IMG/VR virus record: IMGVR_UViG_3300018074_000005
Location: 1-53,117 of that record
Direction: 5' to 3' (one strand)
Source: a virus
Lineage: Duplodnaviria > Caudoviricetes
Length of the DNA: 53,117 nt
The stretch's first letter is position 1, and the number at the start of each line of letters is the position of its first letter. Of the stretch, positions 28,008 through 38,258 are shown in pieces. Under the pieces are notes generated by a model. The model did not search any database, was not told the origin of the DNA, and saw only the letters and a program-made list of their open reading frames with translations. The position numbers and the translations under genes were made by a program.

Positions 28008-28454
28008 ATGGCATCGCTAACACAACCCACTGATGTCCTCTCGATGTACGGCGACACCGGGATTTTGGCCTACTCGGCCGATTCCGCTGCTACCGCCGCA
28101 GGTGGCACCGGCACTGATACCTTCACCGCCACCTTCGCAACCGTTGCGGGCCAACAGCCGATCATCAACCGTGGGATGATCTCTTTGATGCTGTTCGGGC
28201 TCAACATCGTAACCGTCATCACCACCATCGACTTTACGGCCAGCGACGGAACTATCATCGGCTTTCTGCGCTCGCTGCCGGCATCGGTGCTGGCCACTGC
28301 CGGGCAGGGACTCTCGTATGGCCCCTTCAAGTTCTTCAACGATGGAACCATCTGGACGGCATCGACCGGAATCCTGTCGGTCTCGGCCAAGGTTACGACT
28401 ACGGGCGTGACCAAGACTTACACTGCGCGGCTGATCGTCGGCGGGAACCCGTAA
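28008..28454 (+). CDS. Capsid decoration/minor structural protein
   Basis: Thr/Gly-rich beta protein directly after the capsid gene. Confidence 0.6.
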   Translation: MASLTQPTDVLSMYGDTGILAYSADSAATAAGGTGTDTFTATFATVAGQQPIINRGMISLMLFGLNIVTVITTIDFTASDGTIIGFLRSLPASVLATAGQGLSYGPFKFFNDGTIWTASTGILSVSAKVTTTGVTKTYTARLIVGGNP

Positions 28455-28477
28455 TTCGGAGCGCGAGGCTATGACTC

Positions 28478-29725
28478 GTGCCGATCCTCGTAGGCGATTG
28501 CATTGTTCAAACCCGAGCCGAAGCACCGGACCCGTGCCAGACGCTCGGCGTTCCCACCACTTTAGCCGGAGCTGATGTCGGCGGCGGGAATCTGCCCGCC
28601 ACGACTTACCAACTCGTCGCGACTGCGACCAATCCGTGGGGCGAAACGACCGCCGGCGGCGAAGTCGCCGTGGTGGTCGCTGCCAGCGGCAAGATTACCG
28701 GCACGGTCATCCTCCCCCCCAGTTCAACGGGCGGGCGCGTCTATCTGGGAACCGGCGTTGGCGCCGAAGATCGCTACTACCCGCTGACGCTCAGCACGCT
28801 GGCTAATGGACGCATCCAAGGCGCGCTCACCATCTCGGACCTTGGCGGGACGCCTGCGACACCAACGCAAAAAAACACCGCATACCTACCTGACACGGAC
28901 GGCGCCGAAATCGGCGCATTTCAGATGTACAAGTGGCTCAGAGATGCGCTGACACTGCTGGGCGAACAGGCAGGGGGGATCGAGGATGTAGTTGGCGTGC
29001 CGGGAACCGCCCAGCAGCAATACGCTACGATCCCGGGGCGCTGGATCAGGTTCAACTCGTGTCTGTGGGATGCGTGGCCGGTCGCGATGGGGCGGCGCAA
29101 CGACATATTCTACCGCTACAACGTCTCCGGCGTGGTCTACGTCATCGCCACCGAAGTGCGATCGACCAAGATCATCATCTCATCGACGCCGCAACCTAAT
29201 GCAACCGGCGGAACGGCGGTGCTTACGGCACCGATGGCCGCAACCGACGTATCCATCTTGGGACCGGACTTCTCAGCCTTTACGGCCAATGGCCTTGCGC
29301 TGATCGATAGTGAATACATGCTGTTCGGCCAGCCCAATAAAGTCGGCGCATCAGGGTCGCTGATCGGTATCCAGCGCGGCGTGTCGGGGTCCAAGGCGGT
29401 GACGCATCTGATGGGGGCAACGGTCTTCGAGCTCAAGCTGCGGCTAGGCGGTTTCCGCTATCCCAACTTGGTCGATGTGGGACAGGCCAGCGAGGAGCTG
29501 GATGCAGTGCCGGCCTGGGAAGTGCCGCTGCGGCTATTCCTGCTCTCTGAGTTTCGCGCGCATGAGCAGGACATAGAGGAGGCGCAGAAGCTACGTGCGG
29601 AGTTCAATGCGCTGTGCGCAGAACTGAAAAAGAAGCAGGCGGATCCGATCCGGTCGATGCAGCTGGGGAGTTTCCCTGACATGTACGGCGGGCGATTCGG
29701 GCGCCACGGTGTGATCGTTCCATGA
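28478..29725 (+). CDS. Head-tail adaptor-like structural protein
   Basis: Position; helical N/C elements with beta insertions (ALIDSEYM...IQRGVSGSKAVTH). Confidence 0.55.
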   Translation: MPILVGDCIVQTRAEAPDPCQTLGVPTTLAGADVGGGNLPATTYQLVATATNPWGETTAGGEVAVVVAASGKITGTVILPPSSTGGRVYLGTGVGAEDRYYPLTLSTLANGRIQGALTISDLGGTPATPTQKNTAYLPDTDGAEIGAFQMYKWLRDALTLLGEQAGGIEDVVGVPGTAQQQYATIPGRWIRFNSCLWDAWPVAMGRRNDIFYRYNVSGVVYVIATEVRSTKIIISSTPQPNATGGTAVLTAPMAATDVSILGPDFSAFTANGLALIDSEYMLFGQPNKVGASGSLIGIQRGVSGSKAVTHLMGATVFELKLRLGGFRYPNLVDVGQASEELDAVPAWEVPLRLFLLSEFRAHEQDIEEAQKLRAEFNALCAELKKKQADPIRSMQLGSFPDMYGGRFGRHGVIVP

Positions 29726-30132
29726 CGCAACTCATGGGCATCGAAAGTCCGCTGCGAGTGATGCCGCTGGAAGGTCCGCTATCAAAGGAGCTTTGCACCG
29801 ATACGGTTTTCGATGCGGCCGCCGAACAGGGCTTTTCCTTGGTCGCCATGCGCAACGAGCGTCAAGTCGGCGTACTGATGGGGCTAATCGGATTCGGCGG
29901 TCTTATCGTAATGAAGCTGAAAGTATTGGAGAGCGAGCCCTATGGCGCCGTGATGTTATTGGCGGCGGCGCGCGGGATCGCGCGTGAACTCGGCCTCAAA
30001 TGGATCGTTACACAAGTCAACTTGAACCGGACAGATGAGGTGCGCTTGCTTAATACAGCCTTGGAAGCCGGGGGCCGCATCAGTGACGCCAGCCAAGGCG
30101 CGTGGATCACCGTTCCATTGGAGGTACGATAA
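29722..30132 (+). CDS. GNAT-like protein preceding the ejection proteins
   Basis: Size, position and AARGIARELGLKWI helix-strand pattern. Confidence 0.45.
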   Translation: MTQLMGIESPLRVMPLEGPLSKELCTDTVFDAAAEQGFSLVAMRNERQVGVLMGLIGFGGLIVMKLKVLESEPYGAVMLLAAARGIARELGLKWIVTQVNLNRTDEVRLLNTALEAGGRISDASQGAWITVPLEVR

Positions 30133-30953
30133 TGGCAGGCAGTGCTGGAGCGGGTAGTAGCGGTAATTGGTTCAGCCCACTGACCAAAGGTGGTGGCTCT
30201 GGCGGAAAAGGCGCAGGTGGCACTTCGGGCAGCGGCAGTGGCGGTATGGCTGGCGACTTGGAAGCCGCCGAGGGGGCAGCTAATGCCGCCGCTATGGCTG
30301 CCATGATGGCCGCTGGCGGTGGTGCAGCGGGTGCACGCGCAGGAGCGGGTGCTTTTGATGCTGCCATGTCAGCAGCAATGGCAACTAGCGGTTCCGGTGC
30401 CGGTGCCTATACAGCCTCTCAAGGAGGTCCAGGGGCGCTCGCTGCTAGCGGCATCCTTGGTAACGTGGGACTGGGGGGAAGTGGCTTCGGCGGTGATACG
30501 GGAATCAGCATACCCGGCGGCGATCTGAGCGCCATCTTGTCGCTGCTGGCTGCGCAGCCCAGCAACGCGTCGAACCCGTTGGCACCGATTATCGCTCAGC
30601 TCAGCGATACCACGCCGCAGGCACCGCCGCCGGTTATTCCGACACAACCGAATGACGTGCCTCAGCAGCCGCCGCCGCCGGTCATCCCGACACAGCCCAG
30701 TAACAAAATCACGGCGGATACGCTGACCGAACGCAGCATCAGCAGCGACTTGCTCAAGCTGATTCCGGAGAGCTGGTTGGTCAATCTCTTGACCCGCTCC
30801 CTCAACCGCAATCCGTCGCAACAGAAGCAGCAACAGAACCGGCCCGGCCAGTACGCCTACCCCGGCAGCGGCTCAGCATGGGGCGTTAGCTACGGTGCCA
30901 GCCCCACGGTCGGCAGATTTGATTACATGGCTCCACGCCAAGGATGGCTATGA
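30132..30953 (+). CDS. Gly/Ala-rich internal virion (ejection) protein
   Basis: RBS GGAGGT; composition and position. Confidence 0.6.
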   Translation: MAGSAGAGSSGNWFSPLTKGGGSGGKGAGGTSGSGSGGMAGDLEAAEGAANAAAMAAMMAAGGGAAGARAGAGAFDAAMSAAMATSGSGAGAYTASQGGPGALAASGILGNVGLGGSGFGGDTGISIPGGDLSAILSLLAAQPSNASNPLAPIIAQLSDTTPQAPPPVIPTQPNDVPQQPPPPVIPTQPSNKITADTLTERSISSDLLKLIPESWLVNLLTRSLNRNPSQQKQQQNRPGQYAYPGSGSAWGVSYGASPTVGRFDYMAPRQGWL

Positions 30954-31183
30954 GGCCGATCGGTTCAGGCGATAGCGTGAGCATCCGGTCGGCGACCGGC
31001 GACCCGTACAGCCGCTACATGAGCCAGATGGGCAAGGGCGACGGCAGCCGCTCGGGGGCGCAGGGTGGGAATGCTCCGCAGATCGACCGAAAGCAAGTGC
31101 GTGAGCTTTATCGTTGGCTGCGCAGGAATCCCGGTGCGCTGGCGCAGGTGGCCCAAATGCTCGGGGAGATGGAGGCAACATGA
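30944..31183 (+). CDS. Hypothetical protein
   Basis: Overlap-coupled at both ends. Confidence 0.55.
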   Translation: MAMRPIGSGDSVSIRSATGDPYSRYMSQMGKGDGSRSGAQGGNAPQIDRKQVRELYRWLRRNPGALAQVAQMLGEMEAT

Positions 31184-31791
31184 CGCTCAATGATATTGTA
31201 GCCGCTATTCAGAGCGGTATGAGCGATCCGATGGGTACGGATATTTTTGCTCTGGGAGGTTTACTGAACCCGGATAACCCGCTGGCCGGAATGTTCCAGA
31301 TCGCCGGTATGACGGGTCAGGGCATCACGGACGCGCAGATGATGGAGTGGGCTAACGCAGTTCAACAGCGCCAAACGGCGGGCACTGATGTGGCGGCCGA
31401 TCCGGCGCAGATGATGGCAAAGGTTCAGGGCTTTCAACAGCCTTTAAATCGGAACCTCACTGCGAATGTGGCGAATTTCGTCAATGCGCAACTCGCCGCA
31501 CGCGGCATGGCGACCTCGCCCGGTCAGACGGACTACGCGATGGCGCAGGCCATCTCGCCGTTCATCTTTCAGAATCAGCAAGAGGCCGAGAAATTGGCCA
31601 TGTACGGCACGTCGCTCCCCATGCAGATGCAGCCGTTCGCATACCCGACGTTTCAGACTTCGGGGGTGGCGTCAACGCCGGGTGGCAGCGGCACGACACC
31701 GAGCAGCGTCTTTGATCCGAACATGCCCAATCCGTGGGCGAATCCGAGTAGCACCGGATTCGATCCACTTAGTTGGCTTGCCAACCTTTAG
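31180..31791 (+). CDS. Putative DNA-transfer/ejection protein
   Basis: RBS GGAGG; Gln/Met-rich; NAQLAARGMATSPG motif. Confidence 0.6.
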   Translation: MTLNDIVAAIQSGMSDPMGTDIFALGGLLNPDNPLAGMFQIAGMTGQGITDAQMMEWANAVQQRQTAGTDVAADPAQMMAKVQGFQQPLNRNLTANVANFVNAQLAARGMATSPGQTDYAMAQAISPFIFQNQQEAEKLAMYGTSLPMQMQPFAYPTFQTSGVASTPGGSGTTPSSVFDPNMPNPWANPSSTGFDPLSWLANL

Positions 31792-31800
31792 GAGACGAAC

Positions 31801-32367
31801 ATGCCGGCAGTAGGACTAGAAGGTATGGGACCGTCGGATATTCCCGGGATGATGCCGCAGCCCAATCCGATGGCTTCTTCGGGCGCGGGGTGGGGCGCTG
31901 GCGGTGGTGCTGGCGGCAGTTTCAATCTGGGCAACTTCATGCAGCAGATTATGCCGCTGCTGATGCAGGCGGCACAGAGCAGCCCGCAGGTTGCCCAACT
32001 GTTGCAGCAGCTGGGTATCCAGATGCCGCAGAATCCCGCAAGGAGTAATCCCCCGTGGTTCGACGACATAGTGCCGCCCTTTCCGCAGCAGCCGTTTCAG
32101 AAAAGGAGTGCTCCCCCGTTCGAGGACAGGCCGGTGCCGCCCTTTCCGCAGCAGCCGTTTCAGAAAAGGAGTGCTCCCCCGTGGTTCGACAGGGCGACGA
32201 CCAACTTTCCGCAGCCAAACCCAGTTGCACAGCCGATCGGCCCTGCAATGAGGGACCCCTTCGGTCCGGTAAGTTTCAGGGGGCCACAGCGCGATCCGGC
32301 CATGAACGATCCCTACGCGGATTTTCTTAAGAATCCCCCTGCCATCAGCGGCTCGATGACTCCATGA
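31801..32367 (+). CDS. Pro/Gln/Met-rich protein with an internal 21-aa repeat
   Basis: RBS AGGAG; VPPFPQQPFQKRSAPP occurs twice. Confidence 0.6.
   Translation: MPAVGLEGMGPSDIPGMMPQPNPMASSGAGWGAGGGAGGSFNLGNFMQQIMPLLMQAAQSSPQVAQLLQQLGIQMPQNPARSNPPWFDDIVPPFPQQPFQKRSAPPFEDRPVPPFPQQPFQKRSAPPWFDRATTNFPQPNPVAQPIGPAMRDPFGPVSFRGPQRDPAMNDPYADFLKNPPAISGSMTP
32071..32182 (+). repeat. 49-bp direct repeat, period 63 bp
   Basis: Identical copies at 32071 and 32134, in frame. Confidence 0.9.
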
Positions 32368-32407
32368 TTACTCAGCGTTGGGAATCGCGTAGGCAGGTTC
32401 ACTGATC

Positions 32408-33310
32408 ATGGGTGCAGGCGGCTTCTTTGCCGGGTTGGGTGGTGCTGGTGCCTACGGCGCCGAAACCATGGCCAAGAATCAGCAAGCGCAGCGCGAGGCG
32501 CAGGACGCGGCCGATCGCCATCGCGCAGCGGTCATGCGGGAGCAAGCAGGCGAGTTTGAGATAGGGCAGCTGCGCCGAGAGGCACAAGAGAAGATGCTGC
32601 CATCGCAAGAGACGCAGATGATGAAGACGAGCATCCAGCAGATGCTCACCGATCCAGCGATGGCGCCACTGGTGGAGAACCCGAATATCGCAGGTGGACT
32701 CCATTTCCTGCTAACCAAACCCAGAATCACCCAAGCGGACGTAGATGCAGCGTTGGCGCCCCTGCCGCAACTGCAACAGCAGCAGCTTAAGGGCCAGATT
32801 AGGACGCTGGTCAACGAGCTCAACATGGAGAAAGAACGCCGTGGCTTGGAGACGACGCGCGCGCAGCAACAGCGACTGGTCGACAAGCTACAGAATGCAC
32901 GGCAGCGGCTGACCGGGGCGGCTAAGACCGCATTGCCCAAAGCCGAGAAGGTGTTTGCCGATACCTATAAACAGAGTTTCGAAGCCCATTTCGGCGAGCC
33001 GGATGCCCAGAAGACCGCCTTGGCTGAGGCGGAAAAGGCGCAGGATGTGTATCTCGCGCCGTACCTTCAACAGTTCCGAGAGATGGAAAAAGAGCTGGGT
33101 GCGGCGGGTGAAGAGACAAAGACGCCGATTCCCGAAGGCAGCACTTCGGTTGTTGACGAAGGAATGATCGCAGGACTGAGCGAAATTGAGCGAATGCGAA
33201 TCACGGCGCAGCTCAAAGCGGCTGGTGCCGGTGCGCGGCTGAGCGATCCGGATGACCCCAACCATTACATCACATTGGGTTCGGGCGGCGAGCTGCAAGA
33301 GGTCCGCTGA
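32408..33310 (+). CDS. Coiled-coil internal virion protein
   Basis: GFFAGLGGAG N-terminus followed by long helices; position. Confidence 0.65.
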   Translation: MGAGGFFAGLGGAGAYGAETMAKNQQAQREAQDAADRHRAAVMREQAGEFEIGQLRREAQEKMLPSQETQMMKTSIQQMLTDPAMAPLVENPNIAGGLHFLLTKPRITQADVDAALAPLPQLQQQQLKGQIRTLVNELNMEKERRGLETTRAQQQRLVDKLQNARQRLTGAAKTALPKAEKVFADTYKQSFEAHFGEPDAQKTALAEAEKAQDVYLAPYLQQFREMEKELGAAGEETKTPIPEGSTSVVDEGMIAGLSEIERMRITAQLKAAGAGARLSDPDDPNHYITLGSGGELQEVR

Positions 33311-36300
33311 TGGCCAAGAATATCAGCGGCTGGCGGATCGAGGCGGGGCCGCGTGCGGCCGCTCCCTACCGTGTGCGGTCAAGTGAACGCGCGCGACCGC
33401 GACTGGATCAGTGGAAGATTGAAGCCGCACCCGCGACACCGATCGGGCCACCAACATGGCGCGAGCAGGTTGAGCAACGCGCCCGGGCCTCCGGCGTCGC
33501 GATTGGCTCCGAACAAGAGGCCCTTGGCCGGCGCGCCTTGCTTGGCGGAGCTGTATTCGGTTTGGGTGGCGAATCCATCGGTGAAGAAATCGGACTCACT
33601 GCGGAGGAAAAACTTGCGGGTGAAAAACCGGGGCCGCTACGGCGTGAGGCGGCTAGAATCGCCGGTGCTGGAATTGCCGGTGCGCTCACGCCGCTACCCG
33701 GCGTCGGGACACTGGCGCGAGCAGGCTGGACTGCCGCCGGTGCAGGGGCGGCCGATGTTGCCGGTCTGGTCACTGATAATCCGATAATTAAACTCGCAGC
33801 TGCCTTGGGGTTGCCACTATTAGGCTTGCGTGCTCTCAATCGTGTCGCTGATCTCAAAGCTCCCAAGGTAGCTGAAGCGCCACCGGCGCCTACCGTGGGC
33901 GCACGGGGCGTTTTCAGGGTGCCACCCAAGGAACCTATCGAGTTGAGCGAAGAAGTGTCGCCGCCACAGTTTGAGCCGCGCGCGATTCCGCCCGAGGCAG
34001 TGGCGATGGCGGCCAAGCCACTGGACTTGTCGGCGAAGTCAATGGCCTACCGCGATGGTTACATGCACGGACGCGGCCATCCGGCGTTGACGCCGACAAG
34101 TGAAGCTGCATGGCGGGAGTCTTTAGCTGATGCTGGGCACGAACCCAAAGATATCGCGCAATGGGTGGTCGGCCACAAAGAGGGCAACAAGTTATTCAAG
34201 GGGATGGCTATCCCGCGCACGGCGGAAACCGCGCCCAAACCGCCAGCGCCAATTGAACTGACCGAAGAGATGGTCGCGCCGGTTGAGGCCAAGTCGCCGC
34301 CCATCAAGCCAACACTGGAAGGTCAAGCCATCCGCAAAGAACAGGCCGACCGCGCCAGCCAGTGGATGAAGGTCGAATCGGGTGCCGACCTCATCCCCGA
34401 CCCCGACAGCGTGCCCAATGTGCCCGGAATGGTCTATTACGCCAAACCGGAAGCACTCAAAATCGACCCCGAACGCTTCCAGTACAAACTCGGCACCGAC
34501 CTGCGCACTGGCGCCGGTCGCGTAATGCGCAAAGCCAAGGTCTGGAATGAGGAAGCCGCAGGTGTCATCACCGCATGGCGGGACAAGATCGGCGACCTAT
34601 ATGTTGTCAACGGGCATCACCGGCTTGCGCTCTACAAGCAGCTTGCTAAAGAGGGCAAGGAGATACCGCCACGGTTGCGCGTGCAGGTACTCAATGAAGG
34701 CGAGAGCTTCCCCGGCGCGCTCGCCAATGGCATCGACGAATCCGAAGCCAAGGTTCGCGGTGCCCTCCAGAGTATCTTCGAGCAGCACGGCACGCCAGTT
34801 GATGCCGCTACCATCATCCGTGAGAAGGGTATCACGCCTGCGCAGCTTGAAGAGATCGGCATGGACCTCGGCGACAAGACGGCTGAGCAGGCCGTCGCGA
34901 TCGCCCGCTTGGATGATTTTCTGTTCCGGGAACTCCAGTTAGGTCGCCTTGATGAAGGTCGTGCGGCCATGATCGGTCGTGAAGTGCCTGAGCGTGCCGG
35001 CCAGATTGCAGCGTACAAGCTGATGAAAAAACTGGAGGATGAGGAAGGCCGCGTCGATCCCAGGCGGTTTGAGAAGGTCATCCGCTTTACCAAGGGTGCC
35101 GAGACGGTTGGCGAACAAGGTGGACTGTTCACGCCCGCGCAGATGCAGAGTTCGTTGGCAATCGAGAAGGCCGAAATCGCCGAATACTTGGAGCGCAAAT
35201 TGCGCACCGAGAAGCGCGTATTTGGAGGCGCAGTCCGCCAGCAGGGTCTGCTCGAAGCGGGCGGAACGGCAGTTGATGTCGCGCGCGGCAAGCAGATCAG
35301 TGCTGATGCGGGCACATTGATGAGCGCGCTGGAGACCTTTGGTTACAACCCGGAAACGAAAACCAGCGAAGTTCTCAACGGCTTGGCGCGCGAGCTGCAC
35401 GGCGCATCCAAGGCGAAGCGCGCACAGATTCTGAGCGGCGCATACGAAGGGGCGATCGTGGCGCTGCAAGAAGACCTAGCGGCGCAAAACATTCAAGTCG
35501 GAAAACTCGCAGAGACGGGGGTGGCTAGGCCGCCCGAGGGTGGGCTGTTTGGCCGCGGCGGGGGTGAGGGTACAAACCTTTCGGGCGGCCTACTCCCTGG
35601 AATTGAACGAATACCAGCGGCAATCGAGGCAATCGGCAAATCGCCGCAGTTGCAGCGCGCGCGCTATGAACTGATGGCGAAGTTCGCGCCAGATAAAATC
35701 AGTGAAGCCGCGCGTGCGTTTCACGGCAATATGCGCACAACGCTGGCGGAAGGTGCCGCCAGCGCCTATGTCTCGCGGGAGTGGATCGCGCCGCTGCACA
35801 GCTACTTTCAGGAGCTGGCCAAGAGCGTTCCCACAAAGCAGATTCTTAAGGACTTCTACGGCAGCATCCAGCGTGGCGACGCCTTCCCCGACTACCTGAA
35901 AGACTTGGAGTCGTGGCGCGAGCCGATCCGAGATGCCTTCGATCATCGGTTCAATCTCATCAACAGCCTGCGCGATGGCTGGCTGCGCTACCGGCAGAAC
36001 TACCTGCCTAACCTGTTCAAAGACCCCAAAGCAGTCGAAGCGTACATTGAGTCGGTGCAGCCGCGCACTATCCGTGGCACGTCGGGCTTCTTTAAGCGCC
36101 AAGAGTTCAGCTTCGAGGAGCTGATCGATAAATTTGAGTCCGCCTTCGAGAATCCGGCCGATACGATCTTTGCTCGCTTGCTCGACGAAGACCGCTTTTA
36201 CATGGGCCAAAAGCTGTTCCAGCAGGGCACCGACAATGGGACGATTAAACTCACCCAAGGCGACGCTCCGCGCCATTGGGATCGGATCAACGATCGCATT

Positions 36301-38088
36301 GCGGAAGTAGTCCAGACGGACCCTGAGACCGGCACGCGCAAACTTACAGGCGTGTACTACGCGCAAAAAGATATGGCGCGACTGATGAACAACTTCTTCG
36401 CACCAAGTCCGGACCAGTCGATTCTCTACCGCTGGGTGCATACGCCGATGGCACAGGCCAACGCACTGCGTGTCGCCGTGGGCGGCTTCCACTACTTGTT
36501 CGAGACCGCATCGGCGATGGCGATGGAACCCGGCATTGACTTCGCCGATGCATTTGGCGCGCTGTTCGAGGGGCGACTGCGTGATGCTGCGATTGCCACA
36601 GGACGGCTCACAAAAGATGTGCTGACGGCACCGGCCAAACCCTACCAATATTACAAGATCGGCAAAGCGGCGCAGAAGTCGTTGCTGAGCGGCGAGCCGG
36701 GCGACGTTGCGCGCGCGGTCATCGAAGCCGGCGGTCGCTTCACCAGCGAGCGTGGGCTGGACTCGCTCGCCCATTCGTCGGAAGCCATCATTCGCCAGAT
36801 GCTGCCGCCCAGCGTACCAGAGCGCATGATCACGGCCATCTCGAAGCCGCTGATGAAATACTATGTGCCGCGGATCAAGATCGGCGCGTTTTATAAAGTG
36901 GCGGAGCGGCAACTTCAAGAAGCGGCTAACAAGGGCGTCGAGGTAGACGCAGGGCAGTACCGGCGTATTTTGCAGGATAGCTGGGAGCACGTCGACAACA
37001 CATTGGGCCAGATGGTCCGGGACAATCTGGCGTTTTCACCCGGCATGAAAGGCACGTTGGGTCTGGGGATCAACTTTCCAGGCTGGAACATCGGCTCCTA
37101 CCGGCTACTGTACAACGCGCACAAAGCGGCCGCGAAGCTGCTGACTGGACAAGCGGGGAAAGTGGGCACGCTGGAAAAGCTCTCGCTGGGACAGGTTGCC
37201 GGCACATTCATGATGGGAGCAGTCGTGAACATACTGACGCAGTACGCGCTGACGGGCAAAGGCCCGCAAGGACCGCTCGATCTATTGGCTCCGCAGGACG
37301 GCGGAACGCTCCCAAGTGGCAAGCCGAGCCGGGTCATCTGGCCGAGCTATATCTGGGGCTGGATCAAGGCGCACACGTCGCCGGTGGCCACCATCGGCAA
37401 CAAGCTGTCGATCGTGATGGACGTGCTACGCGACTTCGTGAGCAACAAAAACTTTCGCGGTATTGAGATTTACGACCCCACGCGCGCATGGCCGGTTAAG
37501 GCGGGGCAATTTGTGGGTTACGAAGCAAAGCAGGCGCTGACGCCGTTTGCGGTGGGCGCGTATCAACGTGCGACGGAGAAAGGTCCGGCTGGCATCGCAA
37601 TGTCGGCGCTAGGCATCAATCCGGCCTCGGCGCAGATCGGCCAGAGCGCCGATGAAAGCCTGATGCAGACTTACTTGGCGCGACGCTATTCGAACGTCCG
37701 CACGGCGGAACAAGCCGAGCGTGGTGACATCAAGCGCAAGTTCTTGCAGAGCTGGCGCGGAGGAAAGCGCCCCGAAGCCGTGGCGCTCATGAAGGATGCG
37801 CTCACGGGGCGGCAGGTCACCTTCAGGCAGGCTGAACAATGGCGCCGCGAAGCAGTCGAACATCCCGATGCAGTGCAGTTCAAGCGCCTGACACCGGAGG
37901 AGGCCATCGAAGTCTACACGGTCGCGGGGCCGGAGAATCGCCGGCGCTATCGCTCACTGCTGGTGGGCAAGGTGTTCGGTGCCGGCGGAGAGAAGTTGCG
38001 CAAGCTGCGCGATAGCGGCCAACTCCAGCGGCTCAAGGACATGCTGCGGCAGGCGCCGACAGTTCCGGCGTCAGCGCCGGTTAGCTGA
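33310..38088 (+). CDS. Large internal virion/polyvalent protein with a ParB-like domain
   Basis: 1592 aa; LKIDPERFQYK...YVVNGHHRLAL ParB/Srx motif; C-terminal NKNFRGIEIYD segment resembling large-polyvalent-protein domains. Confidence 0.75.
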   Translation: MAKNISGWRIEAGPRAAAPYRVRSSERARPRLDQWKIEAAPATPIGPPTWREQVEQRARASGVAIGSEQEALGRRALLGGAVFGLGGESIGEEIGLTAEEKLAGEKPGPLRREAARIAGAGIAGALTPLPGVGTLARAGWTAAGAGAADVAGLVTDNPIIKLAAALGLPLLGLRALNRVADLKAPKVAEAPPAPTVGARGVFRVPPKEPIELSEEVSPPQFEPRAIPPEAVAMAAKPLDLSAKSMAYRDGYMHGRGHPALTPTSEAAWRESLADAGHEPKDIAQWVVGHKEGNKLFKGMAIPRTAETAPKPPAPIELTEEMVAPVEAKSPPIKPTLEGQAIRKEQADRASQWMKVESGADLIPDPDSVPNVPGMVYYAKPEALKIDPERFQYKLGTDLRTGAGRVMRKAKVWNEEAAGVITAWRDKIGDLYVVNGHHRLALYKQLAKEGKEIPPRLRVQVLNEGESFPGALANGIDESEAKVRGALQSIFEQHGTPVDAATIIREKGITPAQLEEIGMDLGDKTAEQAVAIARLDDFLFRELQLGRLDEGRAAMIGREVPERAGQIAAYKLMKKLEDEEGRVDPRRFEKVIRFTKGAETVGEQGGLFTPAQMQSSLAIEKAEIAEYLERKLRTEKRVFGGAVRQQGLLEAGGTAVDVARGKQISADAGTLMSALETFGYNPETKTSEVLNGLARELHGASKAKRAQILSGAYEGAIVALQEDLAAQNIQVGKLAETGVARPPEGGLFGRGGGEGTNLSGGLLPGIERIPAAIEAIGKSPQLQRARYELMAKFAPDKISEAARAFHGNMRTTLAEGAASAYVSREWIAPLHSYFQELAKSVPTKQILKDFYGSIQRGDAFPDYLKDLESWREPIRDAFDHRFNLINSLRDGWLRYRQNYLPNLFKDPKAVEAYIESVQPRTIRGTSGFFKRQEFSFEELIDKFESAFENPADTIFARLLDEDRFYMGQKLFQQGTDNGTIKLTQGDAPRHWDRINDRIAEVVQTDPETGTRKLTGVYYAQKDMARLMNNFFAPSPDQSILYRWVHTPMAQANALRVAVGGFHYLFETASAMAMEPGIDFADAFGALFEGRLRDAAIATGRLTKDVLTAPAKPYQYYKIGKAAQKSLLSGEPGDVARAVIEAGGRFTSERGLDSLAHSSEAIIRQMLPPSVPERMITAISKPLMKYYVPRIKIGAFYKVAERQLQEAANKGVEVDAGQYRRILQDSWEHVDNTLGQMVRDNLAFSPGMKGTLGLGINFPGWNIGSYRLLYNAHKAAAKLLTGQAGKVGTLEKLSLGQVAGTFMMGAVVNILTQYALTGKGPQGPLDLLAPQDGGTLPSGKPSRVIWPSYIWGWIKAHTSPVATIGNKLSIVMDVLRDFVSNKNFRGIEIYDPTRAWPVKAGQFVGYEAKQALTPFAVGAYQRATEKGPAGIAMSALGINPASAQIGQSADESLMQTYLARRYSNVRTAEQAERGDIKRKFLQSWRGGKRPEAVALMKDALTGRQVTFRQAEQWRREAVEHPDAVQFKRLTPEEAIEVYTVAGPENRRRYRSLLVGKVFGAGGEKLRKLRDSGQLQRLKDMLRQAPTVPASAPVS

Positions 38089-38099
38089 GGTAAGGGCCA

Positions 38100-38258
38100 A
38101 TGCCTAAAATAATGACGCCCAGACAGCATCGGTTCCTCGAAAGCTCAGGCTCGCCGCTTACGTCAGAGCAGCGCGAACGGATGCATGCTCGGCTGCGTTC
38201 CGGTGAAGATAAAATCCGAAAGCGCCCGCGCAGCAGCAAACGCAGGAGAAAACGGTGA
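38100..38258 (+). CDS. 52-aa basic protein
   Basis: RBS GAGGT; ends RKRPRSSKRRRKR*; stop overlaps the next ATG. Confidence 0.6.
   Translation: MPKIMTPRQHRFLESSGSPLTSEQRERMHARLRSGEDKIRKRPRSSKRRRKR

Noticed and set aside
32050-32190. CRISPR-like repeats
   Set aside because: In-frame 63-bp period with only 14 nt between copies; a coding tandem duplication.
35590-36990. Long antisense ORFs (466 aa here; also 41450..42634, 15642..16349)
   Set aside because: High-GC shadow frames without motifs or RBS, unlike the HNH case.
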